Shown here: positions 48,661 to 57,976 of the stretch, piece after piece
How positions within the stretch are numbered: position 1 is the first letter of the stretch
How the letters are laid out: the number at the start of each line of letters is the position of its first letter
Notes under the pieces: generated by a model
Told to the model about the DNA's origin: nothing
The model's database searches: none
The model's input: the letters and a program-made list of their open reading frames with translations, nothing else
NCBI GenBank assembly: GCA_035473115.1
Contig: DATION010000006.1
Location: forward strand, 64,521 to 128,520
DNA: 64,000 bases
DNA from: Candidatus Udaeobacter sp.
GTDB taxonomy: Bacteria > Patescibacteriota > Patescibacteriia > Magasanikbacterales > GWA2-37-8
Direction of reading: 5' to 3'
Position numbers and translations under genes: made by a program

Positions 48661-48778
48661 ATTTCAAAGTCTGTCAAAATATTTTATCCCCAATATTTTA
48701 TTTGCACCTAAATGGCTTGCTCTTTCGTATATTTATATAGTATAATATTAGCTATAATAATTAAACTTAATATTTTAT

Positions 48779-49216
48779 ATGAAGGCTAAAAAGATAATTC
48801 TCTCGGTTTTTTTGGTTTTGGTCGTGGCTGCTTATGCTGTTTATCAGCGTTTAGGCGGTTCATCTCAGTCTAATACTCGTACTACAGAAACAAACACCAA
48901 TACTAATACAAACAACAATCAAAATAATCAGGTTGCCTATAAAGACGGCGAATATACCGGAACTGACGCAGACACGATTTTTGGCAAAGTACAAGTTTCT
49001 GTATTGGTTAAAGATGGCAAAATTGTCGATGTTAAATTTTTAGATTTTCCTAAGGATCAGCTTACTTCCAAAAGTATCAGTAATCACTCTTTGCCTATTT
49101 TAAAGACCGAAGTGATTGCCGCTCAAAATGAGAATGTTGATATTGTTTCCGGAGCTACCCAGACTAGCGAAGGCTTTAAACAATCTTTGGCTTCAGCTTT
49201 AGTAAAAGCAAAATAA
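48779..49216 (+). CDS. Secreted FMN-binding domain protein (flavinylation substrate)
   Basis: N-terminal TM/signal, T/N-rich linker, FMN_bind domain YKDGEYTGTDADTIFGKVQVSVLVKDGKIVDVKFL...VDIVSGATQTSEG with the S-G-A-T flavinylation motif. Confidence 0.8.
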   Translation: MKAKKIILSVFLVLVVAAYAVYQRLGGSSQSNTRTTETNTNTNTNNNQNNQVAYKDGEYTGTDADTIFGKVQVSVLVKDGKIVDVKFLDFPKDQLTSKSISNHSLPILKTEVIAAQNENVDIVSGATQTSEGFKQSLASALVKAK

Positions 49217-49230
49217 GTAGAATAAATTTT

Positions 49231-49977
49231 GTGCTCAAACAAACCAGACTGTTAATGGGCATGCCTATTACCGTAGAAATTTGCGATTTGTCCGCTAATT
49301 CAGAAGCGGTAGATAAAGTTTTTGATTACTTTGATTACGTGGACAAAAAATTCAGTACTTATAAAGACGATAGCGAGATAAGCGGAATTAATAATGGAAA
49401 AATTCGGGAGAAAGATTATAGCGCTGACATGAAAGAGGTTTTTGGGCTTTGCGAGCAGACAAAAAAAGAAACAAACGGATATTTTGATATCCAGTTGAAA
49501 AATAAAACATACGACCCGTCAGGCTTGGTAAAAGGCTGGGCAGTTTATAATGCCGCCGAAATTTTACGTAAACTTGGCTTTAATAATTTTTACGTCGAAG
49601 CCGGAGGTGATATTCAGGTGAGTGGCCAAAATAGCCAAGGCCAAAATTGGCGTATTGGCATCCGCCATCCTTTTAATGAATCGCAAATAATCAAGACTGT
49701 CTCGTTAAGTAGCGAAGGCGTAGCCACTTCCGGAACTTATATTCGCGGCCAGCATATCTATAACCCATACGATGACAAAAAACCGATTACGGAAATTGTC
49801 AGTTTGACCGTCATCGGGCCAAATATTTATGAAGCTGATCGGTTTGCTACAGCGGCTTTCGCTATGGGCAAAAAGGGGATTAATTTTATTGAAAGTTTAA
49901 AAAATTTAGAAGGGTATATGGTGGACAAAGACGGTGTGGCTACTATGACCAGTAATTTTGAAAAATATTTAGCTTAG
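49231..49977 (+). CDS. apbE: FAD:protein FMN transferase (ApbE family)
   Basis: LMGMPITVEI, FSTYKDDSEISGIN, GGDIQVSG and VATSGTYIRGQHIYNP are ApbE hallmarks. Confidence 0.85.
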   Translation: MLKQTRLLMGMPITVEICDLSANSEAVDKVFDYFDYVDKKFSTYKDDSEISGINNGKIREKDYSADMKEVFGLCEQTKKETNGYFDIQLKNKTYDPSGLVKGWAVYNAAEILRKLGFNNFYVEAGGDIQVSGQNSQGQNWRIGIRHPFNESQIIKTVSLSSEGVATSGTYIRGQHIYNPYDDKKPITEIVSLTVIGPNIYEADRFATAAFAMGKKGINFIESLKNLEGYMVDKDGVATMTSNFEKYLA

Positions 49978-49993
49978 TGAGTGTTTAAATTAT

Positions 49994-51514
49994 ATGCTTA
50001 AATTCATTGATCAATTCCTGAATCGGATCACGATGTATCGGTTGGTTCTTTATTATGTATCCGGTCTGTGGGTGATCGCATTTATTTTCAGTTTATTGCA
50101 CATTTTGCCGCATGCGCCGTTTGATTTGTTAGTCTCGGCTATAATTATTCACGCTGTCGGTTTTTTAGTTAATGCTATTTTTGCTCGTATTTTTCAGGTT
50201 CCCAGCAATCTGGAATCAGTATATACGACCGGCTTTATTCTGGCTCTCATTATTTCTCCGGCCCAGCCGTTTAGCCGGCTGTTGTTTTTGGGTTTAGCCG
50301 CAACTCTGGCTATGGCTTCAAAATATATTATTGCGATTAATAAAAAGCATCTGTTTAACCCGGCAGCTTTTGCCATCGCATCTGCAGCTATTGTCGCCGG
50401 ACAATCAGCCAATTGGTGGGTGGGCAATCTGTATATGGCGCCATTTGTTCTGCTCGGAGGATTTTTAATGGTCAAAAAATTGCGCCGCTGGGATTTGGTT
50501 TTAAGTTTTTTTGTAGTCGCTATTGCTGTTATCTCAACCTCTTTCTTTTTAAAGAAAAGCGATATGATGCTGATATTAAAAGAGGTTCTGTTTTATTCGC
50601 CGATGTTCTTTTTTGCCTGTGTGATGCTTACCGAACCGATGACTACACCGCCATCGAGAAACTTAAGAATAATTTATGGCGCTTTGACCGGTTTTTTGTT
50701 TGCTCCGTTTATGCATCTGGGGTCAATTTATTCAACGCCCGAATTAGCTCTTTTGGCCGGTAATATTTTTGTGTATATTGTCAGCCCAAAGTATAAATTA
50801 ATTTTAGAATTAAAAGAAAAAGTTTTAATTGCTCCGGATGTGTATGATTTTTTGTTTAAGCAAGATAAAAAAATGGTATTTAAGCCGGGCCAGTATATGG
50901 AATGGACTTTAGGGCATGAAGACCAGGATTCCAGAGGTATGAGACGGTATTTTACAATTGCTTCTTCTCCGGCCGAAGAATATTTAAGAATGGGTGTAAA
51001 ATTTTATCCTAATGCCAGCAGTTTTAAAAAATCTATCTTGCATCTGGAACCAGGCGACAAGATTATTGCTTCTCAACTGGCCGGTGATTTTGTTTTGCCT
51101 AGTAATAAAGATAAAAAATTAGTTTTTATAGCCGGCGGTATTGGCATTACTCCTTTTCGGAGCATGGTAAAAGATCTTTTGGATAGAAAAGAAAAAAGAG
51201 ATATAATTTTGATTTATTCAAACTACAGACCAGTCGATATCGTTTATCGAGATGTTTTGGATCAGGCCGAGCGAGAACTGGGAATTAAAACAATTTATAC
51301 GGTGACAGATTTGGCATCTTGTCCGGATGATTGGCCATGTGAACGAGGTTTTATTGATGAACAAAAAATTATGCGTTTAATCCCGGATTATAAAGAAAGA
51401 ACTTTTTATCTATCCGGTTCTCATTCAATGGTAGTTGCGTTTGATGAAAATCTGCGCAAGATAGGAATTAAAAAAATGCAGATTAAAAAAGATTTTTTCC
51501 CTGGGTTTGTTTAA
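49994..51514 (+). CDS. RnfD/NqrB-like membrane domain fused to an FNR-type FAD/NAD(P)H oxidoreductase domain
   Basis: KHLFNPAAFAIAS and VMLTEPMTTPPSRNLRIIYGALTGF (RnfD-like). C-terminal RRYFTIASSP (RxYS FAD motif) and FIAGGIGITPFRSM (NAD-binding). Confidence 0.75.
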   Translation: MLKFIDQFLNRITMYRLVLYYVSGLWVIAFIFSLLHILPHAPFDLLVSAIIIHAVGFLVNAIFARIFQVPSNLESVYTTGFILALIISPAQPFSRLLFLGLAATLAMASKYIIAINKKHLFNPAAFAIASAAIVAGQSANWWVGNLYMAPFVLLGGFLMVKKLRRWDLVLSFFVVAIAVISTSFFLKKSDMMLILKEVLFYSPMFFFACVMLTEPMTTPPSRNLRIIYGALTGFLFAPFMHLGSIYSTPELALLAGNIFVYIVSPKYKLILELKEKVLIAPDVYDFLFKQDKKMVFKPGQYMEWTLGHEDQDSRGMRRYFTIASSPAEEYLRMGVKFYPNASSFKKSILHLEPGDKIIASQLAGDFVLPSNKDKKLVFIAGGIGITPFRSMVKDLLDRKEKRDIILIYSNYRPVDIVYRDVLDQAERELGIKTIYTVTDLASCPDDWPCERGFIDEQKIMRLIPDYKERTFYLSGSHSMVVAFDENLRKIGIKKMQIKKDFFPGFV

Positions 51515-51529
51515 TTTTTTCAGCTGCCA

Positions 51530-52108
51530 ATGAATACTGATTCAGATGAAAAATTAGTAGCTTTGTATCTGCAGGGAGATGAATCTGCTTTGCGAATTTT
51601 AGTACAAAAATATACCAGTGGTCTTTATAACTTTACGGCTCAGTTTGTCGGTTACGGACAAAACGCCGAAGACGTAGCTCAAGAAGCTTTTATAAAAGCT
51701 TGGAAAAGTTTATCTAAATTTGATTTGACTAAAAAATTTAAACCGTGGCTTTATCAAATTGCCAGAAATTCGGCAATTGATTTTTTACGTCAGCGCAAAT
51801 TAACTATTTCTTTGTCTGATACTTTGGCCGATGATGAAACCAAAAATGAAGCGGATTACTTGGTAGATCCGGCGCCCTTGCCGCTAGCGCAATCAATAAA
51901 TTTGGAAACAAAAGAAGCTGTACAAAATTTAATTAAGTCTTTGCCGTTAATTTATGGCACAGTACTAAAATTATATTACCTAGAAGAGTTTTCTTTGCCA
52001 GAAATTGCCCAAGTTTTAGGGGAACCTTTAGATACGATCAAGAGCCGTCATCGCCGCGCTCTGCTAAGATTAAGAAAATTAACCGCTGAATCTAAATTGT
52101 TTAGCTAA
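51530..52108 (+). CDS. ECF-type RNA polymerase sigma factor (sigma-70 regions 2 and 4)
   Basis: VQKYTSGLYNF...AEDVAQEAFIKAWK (region 2) and LPEIAQVLGEPLDTIKSRHRRALLRLRK (region 4). Confidence 0.85.
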   Translation: MNTDSDEKLVALYLQGDESALRILVQKYTSGLYNFTAQFVGYGQNAEDVAQEAFIKAWKSLSKFDLTKKFKPWLYQIARNSAIDFLRQRKLTISLSDTLADDETKNEADYLVDPAPLPLAQSINLETKEAVQNLIKSLPLIYGTVLKLYYLEEFSLPEIAQVLGEPLDTIKSRHRRALLRLRKLTAESKLFS

Positions 52109-52155
52109 GCCTGATGCTGCACCTTAAATGCTTTTATTAGCGTACTATTAAGTAT

Positions 52156-52587
52156 ATGGACAAGTTTGAGCAAATTATCCGTTCTGCCATAAGTAGTGAA
52201 AGCGTTGCCAGCCAGCCGCCTGGTTTTTTGGCTGAAAAAATACTAATAGCTATTGAAAATAAGAGACGTTTTTATGTTTTGGCTAAGTTGATAATCTATA
52301 GTTTTAGTACGCTATTTTTTTTAGTCGGTTTGATATTGATTTGGCAGGCAGAAAAAATAAATATTATAAATTCGCCGGCTGTTAATTTATTGTCTTTACT
52401 GTTTAGCGATTTTGCGGTGGTTGTTAGTTATTGGCAAGATTACGCCTTATCTTTGATAGAATCTTTTCCGGTTGTGTCGGTGGTTGCCGTGGCCGTTTTT
52501 GTTTGGGCAGTCTGCGCTTCTCTGTGGATGACCGTACGAACTTATTTTTTATTTACTCATCGTTTTATTAAACGCATTCAAGCTTAG
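52156..52587 (+). CDS. Putative membrane anti-sigma factor
   Basis: Immediately downstream of the ECF sigma gene. Cytoplasmic N-terminus followed by TM helices. Confidence 0.4.
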   Translation: MDKFEQIIRSAISSESVASQPPGFLAEKILIAIENKRRFYVLAKLIIYSFSTLFFLVGLILIWQAEKINIINSPAVNLLSLLFSDFAVVVSYWQDYALSLIESFPVVSVVAVAVFVWAVCASLWMTVRTYFLFTHRFIKRIQA

Positions 52588-52609
52588 CTTTAATTTTAAA
52601 ATACTATAT

Positions 52610-53068
52610 ATGACTAATGACATAAAAAAAATTATTGGGACCAAAGCGGTTAAAATATCCTTAACAATTTTTGCCGCGCTGATTGTAATCATAATTATAT
52701 TCTGGTTTGGTATGTTGGTAGGATTCCGAAAAGCTTCTTTTAGCTATCAATGGGGGAAAAATTACCGTAATCTTTTTGAAGCCAAATCAGAACATAAATT
52801 TTCCCGTGAATTGCGGGGTCGAGGTTTTTTTGACGCTCATAGCGCCGTTGGTTCAGTCATTAAAGTTGATACTAGCACATTAATTATCAAAGGCGATGAT
52901 AATATTGAAAAAAATATTTTTATTAGCGACCGCACCGTAATTCGCCGAGGCCAAGACAGTGTTATGTTCAATGATCTCAAAGCTGATGACAGAGTTGTTG
53001 TGCTGGGTGTACCTAGCAGTACTGGCCAGATTGAAGCCAGATTAATTAGGGTTATTTCTAAACCATAA
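52610..53068 (+). CDS. Hypothetical secreted protein with a conserved ~70-aa beta-rich C-terminal domain (paralog of 57074-57514)
   Basis: N-terminal TM anchor. C-terminal GSVIKVDTSTLIIKGDD...DLKADDRVVVLG...GQIEARLIRV aligns to the C-terminus of ORF 57074. Confidence 0.45.
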   Translation: MTNDIKKIIGTKAVKISLTIFAALIVIIIIFWFGMLVGFRKASFSYQWGKNYRNLFEAKSEHKFSRELRGRGFFDAHSAVGSVIKVDTSTLIIKGDDNIEKNIFISDRTVIRRGQDSVMFNDLKADDRVVVLGVPSSTGQIEARLIRVISKP

Positions 53069-53087
53069 ATTATTTAGATATATTACT

Positions 53088-54893
53088 ATGGTTCATAAAA
53101 TTGTTGATTGGCTTAAAAAGCATAAAATTTTAGCTCTTGTCTTATTCGTTGCATTACTTTTGGGTGGTAATTATATTTATAAAAAAATAAAAGGAAACGC
53201 TAGTCTGACTAGTTATGTTTTGGGTACAGTAACAAAAGGAACTCTGATTAATTCCGTTTCCGGCAGCGGCCAAGTTTCGGTAACTGATCAGGTTGATGTT
53301 AAATCAAAAGTGAGCGGAGAAGTGACCAGTGTTTCGGTTGCGCTTGGACAGGATATATCCGTCGGCACCATTTTGGCGTCAGTAGATGCTCGTGACGCGC
53401 AGCGGGCAGTGCGTAATGCGCAAACTGATTTGCAAACTGCCAAGCTTGAGCTGGACAAATTACTTGCGCCGACCGATGAGCTGACTTTATTGCAAGCAGA
53501 GAATTCTTTGGCGCAGACAAAAGAGTCAGAACAAAAATCCGAAGATGATCTAAAAAAAGCGTATGAAGATGGTTTTAACACTATTTCTAATGCTTTTTTA
53601 TCTTTGCCTGCCGTTATGACTGGTGTGCAAGATATACTTTTTGCTAACTCTTTTAATTTTAGCCAAGCTAATATAGATTTTTATGCCGGCGCGGTTAAAA
53701 GTTACGATGACAGAGTAACTCAATATCGCGATGACGCTTATGATAAATACCAAACAGCTCGCGCGGCTTATGATAAAAATTTTGATGATTATAAATCGGT
53801 CACTAGATTTTCTGATACCAGCACTATTGAAAAAAATATTACTGAAACTTATGACACTACAAAATTAATTTCCGAAGCTGTAAAAAGCGCTAATAATTTA
53901 ATTCAATTTTATCAAGATAGATTGACTGAGCATAATCTTAAACCTAGTTCAATTTCTGTTACTCATATTTCTAGTCTCAATTCTTATACTGGCACTGCCA
54001 ACAATCACCTTTCCAATTTGTTGGCTATAAAACAGACGATTAAAAATTCTCAGGATTCTATTTTAAATGCCCAGAGAACTATCGCGGAAAAAGAGTTGTC
54101 ATTGGATAAGATAAAAAATGGTCCAGACGATTTGGATATTCGGGCCAAACGAATAGCTGTCCAGCAGAAAGAAGACGCACTGGTTTCTACTCAGCAAGCT
54201 TTGGCAGATCATTATATCCGCGCGCCATTTGCCGGCATAGTTGCCAAATCAGATTTAAAAAAAGGGGATTCAATTTCTTCCGGCAGCGCAGTGATTACTT
54301 TGATAACCAAGCAGCATACCGCGCAAATTTCTTTAAACGAGGTTGATGCCGCCAAAATTAAAGTCGGCCAAAAAGTGAATGTAACCTTTGATGCTATTGA
54401 TGGTCTAAGTATTTCCGGCCAAGTTGCCGAAGTCGATACTATTGGCTCTGTTTCTCAGGGAGTAGTTACTTATAATGTTAAAATTGTTCTTGATACCCAA
54501 GATGATAGAATAAAATTGGGAATGAGTGTCAGTGCCGCTATTATTACCGATATTAAGCAAGATGTTCTTATTGTGCCAAGCAGCGCGGTAAAAACTCAAA
54601 ATGGGGTAAGCTATGTTGAACAGCTTGATCAAACAATTCAAAACCCAAGCAGTCAAGGTGTCACTTCAGCCGTTGCTCCGCACGAGCAGATGGTTCAAGT
54701 CGGTGCCTCTAACGATACTCAGACGGAAATAATTTCCGGCCTTAAAGAAGGTGATCAGATCATAGTTAGAACTATCGCTGCTTCTGCAGCCAAACCGGCA
54801 ACTACTCAGGCGCCAAGTTTATTTGGCGGCGCTGGAGGAGGTAATAGGAATTTTGGCGGCGGAGGTGGAGCTAGAGTTCCAGCAGGGAGATAA
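53088..54893 (+). CDS. Efflux periplasmic adaptor (HlyD/MacA-type membrane fusion protein) with Gly-rich C-terminal tail
   Basis: N-terminal TM anchor, long coiled-coil, biotinyl-like and beta-barrel segments (RAPFAGIVAKSDLKKGD, VIVPSSAV). Ends in GGAGGGNRNFGGGGGA. Confidence 0.75.
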   Translation: MVHKIVDWLKKHKILALVLFVALLLGGNYIYKKIKGNASLTSYVLGTVTKGTLINSVSGSGQVSVTDQVDVKSKVSGEVTSVSVALGQDISVGTILASVDARDAQRAVRNAQTDLQTAKLELDKLLAPTDELTLLQAENSLAQTKESEQKSEDDLKKAYEDGFNTISNAFLSLPAVMTGVQDILFANSFNFSQANIDFYAGAVKSYDDRVTQYRDDAYDKYQTARAAYDKNFDDYKSVTRFSDTSTIEKNITETYDTTKLISEAVKSANNLIQFYQDRLTEHNLKPSSISVTHISSLNSYTGTANNHLSNLLAIKQTIKNSQDSILNAQRTIAEKELSLDKIKNGPDDLDIRAKRIAVQQKEDALVSTQQALADHYIRAPFAGIVAKSDLKKGDSISSGSAVITLITKQHTAQISLNEVDAAKIKVGQKVNVTFDAIDGLSISGQVAEVDTIGSVSQGVVTYNVKIVLDTQDDRIKLGMSVSAAIITDIKQDVLIVPSSAVKTQNGVSYVEQLDQTIQNPSSQGVTSAVAPHEQMVQVGASNDTQTEIISGLKEGDQIIVRTIAASAAKPATTQAPSLFGGAGGGNRNFGGGGGARVPAGR

Positions 54894-54938
54894 AAATAGT
54901 TAAGACTGTATATATCTACGGATGTAAACTCATTCTTT

Positions 54939-55649
54939 ATGATTGAAATAAAAAATGTTGTAAAGACATATAAAAGCGGTGATGGCACGGAATTTCAAGC
55001 CTTAAAAGGTGTCAGTTTTAAAATTGAAGATGGAGAGTTTGTGGCCATTATGGGGCCATCCGGGTCAGGAAAATCAACTTTGATGCATATTCTTGGCGCT
55101 TTAGATACGCCGACAAGCGGCAGTTATTTTCTTGATAATAAAGACATGTCTGCGCTTTCTGAAGATGAACTGGCTGATATTCGCAAAGGAAAGATCGGAT
55201 TTGTTTTTCAAGCTTTTAATCTTTTACCGCGAGCTACAGTGCTGCGTAATGTTATGTTGCCATTAGTATATAATGGAGTTCATCATACCGAGAGGCAAGA
55301 ACGGGCGGAAGCTGCTTTAAAGGCTGCCGGACTAGATGAAAGCCGCTTTCACAATCTTTCCAATCAGCTTTCCGGAGGACAGATTCAGCGTGTGGCTATT
55401 GCCAGAGCTTTGGTAAATAATCCAGCACTAATTTTGGCCGATGAACCAACCGGAAATCTTGATACCAAAACCGGAGAAATAGTTTTGGGTACATTTCAAA
55501 AACTTAATTTGGAACAAGGCCGAACAATTGTTCTGATTACCCACGAACCGGATGTGGCGCAACACGCGCAGCGGATTATTTTTATTAAAGACGGCCAGAT
55601 TTTGAGTGATTCTAAAAATCATACGCAAAAAATAATTAAGAATTTATAG
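54939..55649 (+). CDS. ABC transporter ATP-binding protein (MacB/LolD-type)
   Basis: GPSGSGKSTL Walker A, LSGGQIQRVAIARAL signature and ILADEPTGNLD Walker B. Confidence 0.9.
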   Translation: MIEIKNVVKTYKSGDGTEFQALKGVSFKIEDGEFVAIMGPSGSGKSTLMHILGALDTPTSGSYFLDNKDMSALSEDELADIRKGKIGFVFQAFNLLPRATVLRNVMLPLVYNGVHHTERQERAEAALKAAGLDESRFHNLSNQLSGGQIQRVAIARALVNNPALILADEPTGNLDTKTGEIVLGTFQKLNLEQGRTIVLITHEPDVAQHAQRIIFIKDGQILSDSKNHTQKIIKNL

Positions 55650-55663
55650 TATTTAAAATTATT

Positions 55664-56887
55664 ATGACACCAGCTGATTTACTAGAAGAAACTTATTCTG
55701 CTCTATCCTCAAATAAGGCTAGATCTTTTTTAACAATTTTAGGAATAGTTATCGGGATTGGATCAGTAATTGCTATGATATCTATTGGCCAAGGAGCCCA
55801 GACATCTATCTCGGACCGAATTCAATCCATTGGTTCTGATTTGGTTATGATTACTCCCGGAGCGCAGCGTGGAATTGGCGCTCAAGTCAGTTCTGGCCGC
55901 GGCGCGGCGCGTACTCTTACTCAAGAAGATGCCGATGCCGTGGCGAAAGAAATAAGCACAGCCAAAGCTGTGGCTCCGGAAATTTCTGGTCGTTATCAAG
56001 TAACTGCCAAAGGAAAAAATACCAACACCTCTGTGGTTGGTGTTTCGCCAACTTATCCCAGTGTTAGAAATTTAGAAGTAGATCAAGGTTCATTTGTTTC
56101 CGATCAGAACTTGCTTAGCCTTTCCAAAGTGGCGGTGCTTGGCCCGACAGCCCGTGATGATCTTTTCGGAGCCGATGCGGATGCTATCGGACAAGTAATT
56201 CGCATTAAAAATATTGAATTTAAAATTATTGGTATTACTAAACCAAAAGGCGGCAGTGGTTTTGGCAGCCAAGATGATATGATTTTTATTCCGCTTACCA
56301 GCGCGCAGCGGTTTTTGGCTGGTGAAAATTATGTCACAACCATAAGTGTGCAAGCAATCAGCTCGGATTCTATGTCTGAGACGCAGCAGCAAATTACCGA
56401 CTTGTTATTAGCGCGTCATCATATTTCTGATCCGCAATCAGCTGATTTTAGTACGTTAAATCAGGCTGATATTATTGCTACAGCCTCAAGCATTACTGGA
56501 ACATTTACTATTTTATTAGCAGCTGTAGCCGGGATATCGCTAGTAGTAGGTGGGATTGGCATTATGAATATGATGCTAACAACAGTTACAGAAAGAACCA
56601 GAGAGATCGGTTTGCGCAAAGCCATTGGCGCTAAACGTTCTGAAATTAATCTGCAATTTCTGATTGAAGCGATAATGTTAACCTGTATTGGAGGATTGGT
56701 TGGTGTAATACCAGGCTGGTCAGTTTCGTTTGGCATCAGTTATTTGGGAATTTTGCAGACTAGTGTTTCTTTATATTCTGTTTTGTTGGCTTTTGGAGTT
56801 TCGGCCGCAATCGGGATTATTTTTGGCTATTTTCCGGCGCGACGCGCAGCTGGTCTTAATCCGATTGAAGCTTTACGTTACGAATAA
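55664..56887 (+). CDS. ABC transporter permease (MacB/FtsX-like)
   Basis: N-terminal TM, large periplasmic domain, and a C-terminal 3-TM FtsX domain with GxGIMNMML. Confidence 0.85.
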   Translation: MTPADLLEETYSALSSNKARSFLTILGIVIGIGSVIAMISIGQGAQTSISDRIQSIGSDLVMITPGAQRGIGAQVSSGRGAARTLTQEDADAVAKEISTAKAVAPEISGRYQVTAKGKNTNTSVVGVSPTYPSVRNLEVDQGSFVSDQNLLSLSKVAVLGPTARDDLFGADADAIGQVIRIKNIEFKIIGITKPKGGSGFGSQDDMIFIPLTSAQRFLAGENYVTTISVQAISSDSMSETQQQITDLLLARHHISDPQSADFSTLNQADIIATASSITGTFTILLAAVAGISLVVGGIGIMNMMLTTVTERTREIGLRKAIGAKRSEINLQFLIEAIMLTCIGGLVGVIPGWSVSFGISYLGILQTSVSLYSVLLAFGVSAAIGIIFGYFPARRAAGLNPIEALRYE

Positions 56888-56944
56888 ACTTATTTATTAA
56901 TTTATATATAATATATTAAGTATAAAGGTTCCACCGTATATATT

Positions 56945-57073
56945 CTCATTCATTCGGAAATACTAAAATACATTTTAGTATTATCCTCATTCATATTGAA
57001 TATATTAAAATATAATCTTATTCATTCGGAAATATTTTAGCTCGCTAAAATATTTCACTCATTCATTTCGATT
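56945..57073 (+). repeat. Direct repeats (cTcATTCATTCGGAAATA x2 plus a partial third copy) interleaved with two AT-rich palindromes, upstream of ORF 57074
   Basis: Copies at 56945-56962 and 57017-57034, partial copy at 57056-57073. Palindromes TACTAAAAT-ac-ATTTTAGTA (56962-56981) and AAATATTTTA-gctcgc-TAAAATATTT (57030-57055). Confidence 0.4.
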
Positions 57074-57514
57074 ATGAAAAAAATGTTGCCAGTGGTTGTT
57101 GTTTTATTGGTTTTAATAGGTGGAGGATCTTTTTATGGCGGTATGAAATATGCTGACAGCAAAAGAGCAGCTAGTTTTGCAGCCACTAGAAATAGTGGCG
57201 GGTTTAGGAATGCTACCGGAACATTTGGCGGTGGGCGTGGCGCAGCCGCGGGTCGTGGGGGAATGGGCGGTTTTGCTACCGGAGAAATAATTTCTAAAGA
57301 TAATAATAGTGTAACAATAAAATTACGTGATGGCGGCTCACAGATTGCTTTCTTTTCCAGCTCCACACAGGTTATGAAATCAGCTACCGGATCAGTGGAT
57401 GATTTAAAGGCCGGCGAAAATGTAATGATAGCTGGCAGCGCTAATTCAGATGGCAGTGTTACCGCTCAAAATATCCAGTTGCGTCCGGCTATGGCCACTT
57501 CTTCCGCTAAATAA
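57074..57514 (+). CDS. Hypothetical secreted Gly-rich protein (paralog of 52610-53068 C-terminal domain)
   Basis: Signal/TM, GGGRGAAAGRGGMGGF low-complexity region, then C-terminal GEIISKDNNSVTIKLRDGG...DLKAGENVMIAG...AQNIQL. Confidence 0.5.
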   Translation: MKKMLPVVVVLLVLIGGGSFYGGMKYADSKRAASFAATRNSGGFRNATGTFGGGRGAAAGRGGMGGFATGEIISKDNNSVTIKLRDGGSQIAFFSSSTQVMKSATGSVDDLKAGENVMIAGSANSDGSVTAQNIQLRPAMATSSAK

Positions 57515-57582
57515 TTAATAAATAAGCAAACAAAAAGAGCATTTGAAGTGAATGCTCTTTTTGTGGTATGATTTAATAAAGT

Positions 57583-57951
57583 ATGCCAAAAATAAATCTA
57601 GACAAAGCCTTGATAGAAAAAATAATTAATAAAGCCGAAGCTTTTATTAGTATGCCCAATGGGCTTACAGTTGAGGCAGCTTTTAATAAGGCAGTAACAA
57701 TATTTTTGGGAGATAAACATGGGGCTTGGGGTGAATATAAAAAAATTGCAAAAGGAATTTATTTAAATAGACAGAAGGAGTTAAAAGAAATAAGGGATAG
57801 ATCTTTATTAGATGGAGCCAGGGATGCCGCTTTGGCACGCCGAGATGCGGAAGTAGAAGAAGCTGAAAATAATAATGAAGATTTATCACATTTAAAAGGT
57901 CGAAGAGAAAGAGAAAATATTGCGGAATTTCCTAGACACACTCGAAAATAA
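57583..57951 (+). CDS. Hypothetical charged helical protein
   Basis: 122-aa ORF. No motif recognised. Confidence 0.4.
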   Translation: MPKINLDKALIEKIINKAEAFISMPNGLTVEAAFNKAVTIFLGDKHGAWGEYKKIAKGIYLNRQKELKEIRDRSLLDGARDAALARRDAEVEEAENNNEDLSHLKGRRERENIAEFPRHTRK

Positions 57952-57976
57952 AAAATAATTTATTATAATTTAATAT

